Source: Candidatus Limnocylindria bacterium
Lineage (GTDB): Bacteria > Chloroflexota > Limnocylindria > QHBO01
Direction of reading: 5' to 3'
Assembly (NCBI GenBank): GCA_036397815.1
Contig: DASWIE010000030.1
Span: 3,272 to 67,271, forward strand
DNA: 64,000 nucleotides
The position numbers and the translations under genes were made by a program. Within the stretch, counting starts at the first letter, position 1. Every line of letters begins with the position of its first letter. The notes beneath the pieces are model-generated. The model was not told the DNA's origin. It saw nothing but the letters and a program-made list of their open reading frames with translations, and did no database searches. This document shows positions 59,458 to 64,000 of the stretch, piece after piece.

Positions 59458-62442
59458 ATGGCCGGAACCACCCGCAAGCGTGTAGCGAAGCCGAAGGCCG
59501 CCACGAAGCCCGCTGCATCCACGGCGGCCGCTGAGGCATCGGCTCCGCCAGTCGCCCCCACCGGCCAGCTAATCTACACCTTCGCGGAGGGCAACGCCCA
59601 GATGCGCGCGCTCCTGGGAGGAAAGGGCGCGGGCCTTGCCGAGATGACCAAGGCGGGCCTGCCGGTGCCTCCCGGCTTCACGATCACGACCGAGGCCTGC
59701 AACGCCTACTACGCCGCGGGCAAGGAGCTGCCGCCCGGCCTGTGGGACGACGTGCTGGCGCACATGGCGGAGCTGGAGCGGGAGACCGGCAAGGGCTTCG
59801 GTGACCCGAACAACCCGCTCCTCGTCAGCGTTCGTTCCGGGGCGGCGTTCTCGATGCCCGGCATGATGGACACGGTCCTCAACCTGGGACTCAACGAGCA
59901 CACCGTGGCCGGCCTCATCGAGCTGACCGGCAACGAGCGCTTCGGCTATGACGCCTGGCGCCGCTTCATCGCCATGTTCGGGCGCATCGTGCTCGACATC
60001 CCGGCCAGCGAATTCGACGAGCCGTTCGACGCGCTCAAGGAGCTGCGCGGCGCCAAGCTCGACACCGACGTGTCCGCGGAGGATCTGCGCGAGATCGCGG
60101 ACACCTATCGGGAGGTCGTGCGCACGCACACCGGCGAGCATTTCCCGACGGATCCGTACAGGCAGCTGGAGCTGGCCACCCGCGCGGTCTTCGACAGCTG
60201 GTTCGGCAAGCGCGCCCACGACTACCGCGAGTTCAACAAGATCCCGCACGACCTGGGCACCGCGGTGAGCGTGGTGACCATGGTCTTCGGCAACATGGGG
60301 ACCGATTCGGGGACCGGCGTCGCCTTCACGCGCGACCCGAACACCGGGGCGAAGGAGCTGTACGGCGAGTACCTGACCAACGCCCAGGGCGAGGACGTGG
60401 TGGCCGGCATCCGGACGCCGGCCAAGATCAGCCACATGCGCGACGAGCTGCCGGAGGTCTACGGCGAGTTCACCGCCATCGCGGAGCGCCTGGAGCGGCA
60501 TTACCGCGACGTGCAGGACCTGGAGTTCACCATCGAGCGCGGCAAGCTGTACATGCTCCAGACCCGCTCAGCAAAGCGCACCGCGCCGGCCGCGGTGAAG
60601 ATCGCGGTCGACATGGCCAACGAGGGCATCCTGAGCAGGGAGGAGGCTCTGCAGCGGGTCGATCCCGCGCAGATCGTCCAGCTCCTGCTGCCGCGCTTCG
60701 ACGAGGCGGCCAAAGCCAAGGTGCAGGACCGCTTCCTGGCCAAGGGCCTGAACGCTTCACCCGGCGCCGCCACCGGCAAGGCGATCTTCGACCCGGATCG
60801 CGCGGTCGAGGCCAAGACGGCCGGCGACCCCGTGATCCTGGTCCGGATCGAGACCAGTCCGGACGACGTGCACGGCATGCTGGCCGCCCGGGGCGTGCTG
60901 ACCGCTCGCGGCGGCGCCACCAGCCATGCGGCTGTGGTGGCGCGCTCCATGGGCCTGCCCTGCGTTGCCGGGGCCGAGTCGCTGCTCATCGACTACGCCG
61001 AGCGGACCATGCGTGCCGGAGGCGTCACCGTCAAAGAGGGCGAGATGATCAGCATCGACGGCACCACCGGCGAGATCTACGCCGGCGAGCTGCCGACCAT
61101 CGAGGCCCGCTTCGAGGACGAGCACGACCTGGCCACCCTTCTCGAATGGGCCGATGCGGTGCGCCGCCTGCAGGTCTGGGCCAACGCCGACTATCCGCGC
61201 GACGCGGAGCGCGCTCGCGCCTTCGGCGCGCAGGGCATCGGGCTGTGCCGAACCGAGCACATGTTCTTCGAGGAGGAGCGGCTGCCGACGGTGCAGCGCA
61301 TGATCCTGAACGCCACGCGCGCCACCGAGGCCAAGCGCCGGCGGGACGCCGGCGCGGAGCTGGATGCCGACGACCGCGAGGCGGTGGAGGTCTTCGACGC
61401 CGCACTGGCCGAGCTTGAAACCGCCCAGACCGATGATTTCGCCGGCCTCTTCCGTGCCATGGACGGCCTGCCGGTCGTGATCCGCCTGATCGACCCGCCG
61501 CTCCACGAGTTCCTTCCGTCTCACGACGAGCTGCTGGTCGACGTCACGCGGCTGCGCACCATCCTCGAGACCGACGGCGCCAACCGGCTCGATGCTGGCA
61601 TCGTCCAGCAGGGGCTGGTGAAGCTGTTCGGCAAGAAGGACGCGGCGCGCGCGATGCGGAAGCTGCGGCTCTCCGGACCCGAGGCGGAAGGGAATGGAGT
61701 CGATCGGTCCAAGCTGGAGAGGGATCTGGCCGAGAAGGAGGAGCTGCTCGCCGCCGTCGAGGCGATGCGCGAGCAGAACCCGATGCTCGGCATGCGCGGC
61801 TGCCGCCTGGGGCTGCTGATCCCGGACATCGTCCGCATGCAGACCCGGGCCATCCTGGCCGGGGCGACGCGGGTGGCAGCCGAGGGGATCACCCCGCTGC
61901 CCGAGATCATGATCCCCCTCGTCGGCCACGTGAACGAGCTGGCCGAGACGCGACGCGTGCTCGAGGCCGAGGTCGCCCGCATCGTGATGGAGACCGGCCA
62001 GCAGGTGCGCTACAAGTTCGGGACCATGATCGAGGTGCCGCGCGGCGCGCTCACCGCCGACGAGATCGCGAAGCACGCCGAGTTCTTCAGCTTCGGCACC
62101 AACGACCTGACCCAGATGACCTTCGGGTTCTCGCGCGACGACGCGGAGGGCAAGTTCTTGCTCCAGTACGTCGACCGCAAGATCCTGCCGGAGAACCCGT
62201 TCCAGGTCCTGGATCGCGACGGGGTGGGGCAGCTGGTGCGCCTGGCGACCGAACGGGGCCGCAAGACGCGCAAGAACCTCAAGGTCGGCATCTGCGGCGA
62301 GCACGGCGGCGATCCGGCGAGCATCGCCTTCTGCCACGAGGTGGGGCTGGACTACGTCTCCTGCTCGCCGTTCCGCGTCCCTGTCGCGCGCCTTGCCGCC
62401 GCCCAGGCGGCGATCAGCGGAGCCGAGGCCCGCGACAAGTAA
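59458..62442 (+). CDS. ppdK: Pyruvate, phosphate dikinase
   Basis: LLGGKGAGL, SVRSGA..SMPGMMDT, GGATSHAAV (catalytic His), SFGTNDL, GICGEHGG. Confidence 0.98.
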   Translation: MAGTTRKRVAKPKAATKPAASTAAAEASAPPVAPTGQLIYTFAEGNAQMRALLGGKGAGLAEMTKAGLPVPPGFTITTEACNAYYAAGKELPPGLWDDVLAHMAELERETGKGFGDPNNPLLVSVRSGAAFSMPGMMDTVLNLGLNEHTVAGLIELTGNERFGYDAWRRFIAMFGRIVLDIPASEFDEPFDALKELRGAKLDTDVSAEDLREIADTYREVVRTHTGEHFPTDPYRQLELATRAVFDSWFGKRAHDYREFNKIPHDLGTAVSVVTMVFGNMGTDSGTGVAFTRDPNTGAKELYGEYLTNAQGEDVVAGIRTPAKISHMRDELPEVYGEFTAIAERLERHYRDVQDLEFTIERGKLYMLQTRSAKRTAPAAVKIAVDMANEGILSREEALQRVDPAQIVQLLLPRFDEAAKAKVQDRFLAKGLNASPGAATGKAIFDPDRAVEAKTAGDPVILVRIETSPDDVHGMLAARGVLTARGGATSHAAVVARSMGLPCVAGAESLLIDYAERTMRAGGVTVKEGEMISIDGTTGEIYAGELPTIEARFEDEHDLATLLEWADAVRRLQVWANADYPRDAERARAFGAQGIGLCRTEHMFFEEERLPTVQRMILNATRATEAKRRRDAGAELDADDREAVEVFDAALAELETAQTDDFAGLFRAMDGLPVVIRLIDPPLHEFLPSHDELLVDVTRLRTILETDGANRLDAGIVQQGLVKLFGKKDAARAMRKLRLSGPEAEGNGVDRSKLERDLAEKEELLAAVEAMREQNPMLGMRGCRLGLLIPDIVRMQTRAILAGATRVAAEGITPLPEIMIPLVGHVNELAETRRVLEAEVARIVMETGQQVRYKFGTMIEVPRGALTADEIAKHAEFFSFGTNDLTQMTFGFSRDDAEGKFLLQYVDRKILPENPFQVLDRDGVGQLVRLATERGRKTRKNLKVGICGEHGGDPASIAFCHEVGLDYVSCSPFRVPVARLAAAQAAISGAEARDK

Positions 62443-62458
62443 TACCCCGCCCGCGCCC

Positions 62459-63151
62459 TCAGGGCGAGGGCGTCGGCGATGGCGTGGGCGTCTCGGTGAG
62501 AGTGGGCGTGGGGGTCGGCGAGGGCGTGGGCGTCTCCGACTCCGACGGTGTTGGCGTGGGGCTCCCGGTCGGGGTCGTGCCCGATGCGCTCGGCGTCACG
62601 GATGCGGATGGGCTCGCCGACACCGTCGGGCGCGGCGTGACGGGACGCGGCGCCGGGCCCGGTTGGATGAGCGGTGGCGAGGTCGGCGGCGGCGTCGGGG
62701 CAGCGGTCCCGGCGGGTTCCATCGACGAGGTCGATGCGGCCGATCCTTCTGCGCTCGGAGGCTGCGAGGACTCTCCCGTGCCGCCCAAGACGGCCTGGCC
62801 CGGCGTCTCGCCGGCGTTCGCGTCCACCCGGTCGGCCAGGCCCTGCAGGTCCATCATCCGCCAGGTCGCCAGCCCGATGAGCGTCGCGGCGACCGTCACG
62901 CCGGCGAAGGCAGCCGCGAATCGCCCAGCGCGACGGAGGGTGGTGACCGGCCGTCGGGCACCCGCCAGCGAGGGCGGCATGGTTGCTCGACCCGGATCGA
63001 TCGATGTGAGCAGATCCAGCGCGCTGATCCGTGCCGTGCAGGCGGCGCAGAGCGACGCATGCAGCGCAAGGTCGCGTGCCGGCTCGCCCCGCGCTCCGGT
63101 GAGCAGCCATTGGTCGAAGCGCTCGTGCGGATCCGCGGCGCGCCTGGTCAT
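62459..63151 (-). CDS. ZAS-type anti-sigma-like membrane protein with Ser/Thr/Pro-rich tail
   Basis: HASLCAAC (HxxxCxxC), one TM (FAAAFAGVTVAATLIGLATW), terminal (TP)n; coupled to the upstream sigma-like gene. Confidence 0.75.
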   Translation of the reverse strand: MTRRAADPHERFDQWLLTGARGEPARDLALHASLCAACTARISALDLLTSIDPGRATMPPSLAGARRPVTTLRRAGRFAAAFAGVTVAATLIGLATWRMMDLQGLADRVDANAGETPGQAVLGGTGESSQPPSAEGSAASTSSMEPAGTAAPTPPPTSPPLIQPGPAPRPVTPRPTVSASPSASVTPSASGTTPTGSPTPTPSESETPTPSPTPTPTLTETPTPSPTPSP

Positions 63152-63747
63152 CGAGCGACGCCCGTGGGCGCGCCCATCGCGCGATCGGCGACCTCGCGAA
63201 TCCTGTCACCCAGCTCGCCACCTGGCGTATCGACCAGCTCCTGCGGATTCGCCGTCGCCATGACGGCGGCCAGGTATCGCTGCCGGGCACGCGCCACCGT
63301 CCGCAGGCTCGACCCGGTTGGCATCCCCAGGATCGTCTCCACGTCGATCGGATCGAAACGTTCGACCGTCGAGGCCACGAGCGCGGCGCGGGGCACGATG
63401 GGCAGCGCGGCAAGCCCGTCGAAGACGGGGTCCGCAGCTCCCAGGCCGCGCAGGGCCGCACGCCGCTCGCGATCCCATGGACCGGCACGCGGCCGAGATC
63501 CACGGCGGAGCCGGCGAAGGACGCGGGCCCGCAGCCAGGCGGCGGCCCGCTCGGGATGCCGCAGCTCGGCGGAGCGCCGGACTCCCTCCTCGAGTGCCCC
63601 GGTGGCGGCCCTCGCCGCGCGCGGCCGGTCGCCAAGCGAGACGAGCAGCGCGAATCCGTGCAGCCGCGCGCCGTGGATGTCACGGAACGCGGCGCGGCGC
63701 AGGGTCGGTTCGCGCAGATCGAGCGGTGGCGGTGGGGCGCGCGTGAT
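63148..63747 (-). CDS. Divergent ECF sigma-factor-like protein (about 199 aa), probable non-canonical start
   Basis: Frame open to TGA at 63786-63784; region-2-like AAFRDIHGARLHGFALLVSLGD..AAAWL and region-4-like LP..PRAALV..ILGMPTG..RARQRY; GGAGGA precedes ATC at 63747. Confidence 0.65.
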   Translation of the reverse strand: MTRAPPPPLDLREPTLRRAAFRDIHGARLHGFALLVSLGDRPRAARAATGALEEGVRRSAELRHPERAAAWLRARVLRRLRRGSRPRAGPWDRERRAALRGLGAADPVFDGLAALPIVPRAALVASTVERFDPIDVETILGMPTGSSLRTVARARQRYLAAVMATANPQELVDTPGGELGDRIREVADRAMGAPTGVAR

Positions 63748-63882
63748 GGGTCCTCCGGTGGGGAGCGGTGCGGTGCGGCCGGGTCAGCCGTGTGGAGTGT
63801 AGAACCCGCGTCCAGCCATGGGCGACCCGCCTCCCGGTCGCCTGGCACCCATCGGTCCGTGGAGGGGCCAACCTTGACAATG

Positions 63883-63891
63883 TGGTAAAAT
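63883..63891 (+). promoter_or_regulatory. Extended -10 promoter upstream of dnaG
   Basis: TG-G-TAAAAT in an AT-rich patch. Confidence 0.5.
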
Positions 63892-63954
63892 CAAGGCCCG
63901 CCCATTGACAAACCCCTTGACAAGCCGAACCAGTCGGCAGGACCTGCCACCCGT

Positions 63955-64000
63955 ATGACCTCCTCAGGCATCACCGCCGAGATCAAGTCCAAGCTGCCCG
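63955..64000 (+). CDS. dnaG: Probable DNA primase, 5' end only
   Basis: MTSSGITAEIKSKLP resembles the primase N-terminus (EIK..L.I); recO-glyQS-ppdK-dnaG gene order; only 15 codons visible. Confidence 0.6.
   Translation, partial: MTSSGITAEIKSKLP

Noticed and set aside
62459-62600. GGCGTGGG/GGCGTCGG-like DNA repeats
   Set aside because: Explained by the (Thr-Pro)n coding tail of the anti-sigma-like gene

Overview
High-GC bacterial core-genome window. RpoC/S12 style and gene order suggest Chloroflexota, possibly Ca. Limnocylindria; this is an inference, not a database result. Bases 1-31.2 kb hold the ribosomal/RNA-polymerase superoperon (rplJL-rpoBC, str, S10, spc, secY-adk-map, infA-rpmJ, alpha, truA-rplM-rpsI). 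Next come cdaA-cdaR-glmM-glmS-acpS-nnrD-alr, then tsaE-tsaB-rimI-tsaD-rsmA-ispE-ridA-glmU-hlyC/corC, an opposite-strand polyprenyl synthase, recO, glyQS, four accessory genes including an AAC(2')-I-like acetyltransferase, ppdK, a divergent ECF-sigma-like/ZAS anti-sigma pair, and the start of dnaG. The best candidate for an undescribed system is a translationally coupled 8-gene block (39145-45758) between alr and tsaE. It encodes a degenerate macrodomain, a small helical protein, four membrane proteins (one DUF6754-like), a GlmL/MutL-like actin-fold protein with no B12 mutase in the window, and a barrel-sandwich/KOW-like protein. Other notable signals: a recurrent intergenic 'hairpin + CCC(A/G)CCCATCGGTCC' motif, several large structured intergenic elements (one with pseudoknot potential), an ECF-like gene with no canonical start codon, and an S12 with substitutions in the streptomycin loop. 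No tRNA, rRNA, CRISPR array or transposase was seen.
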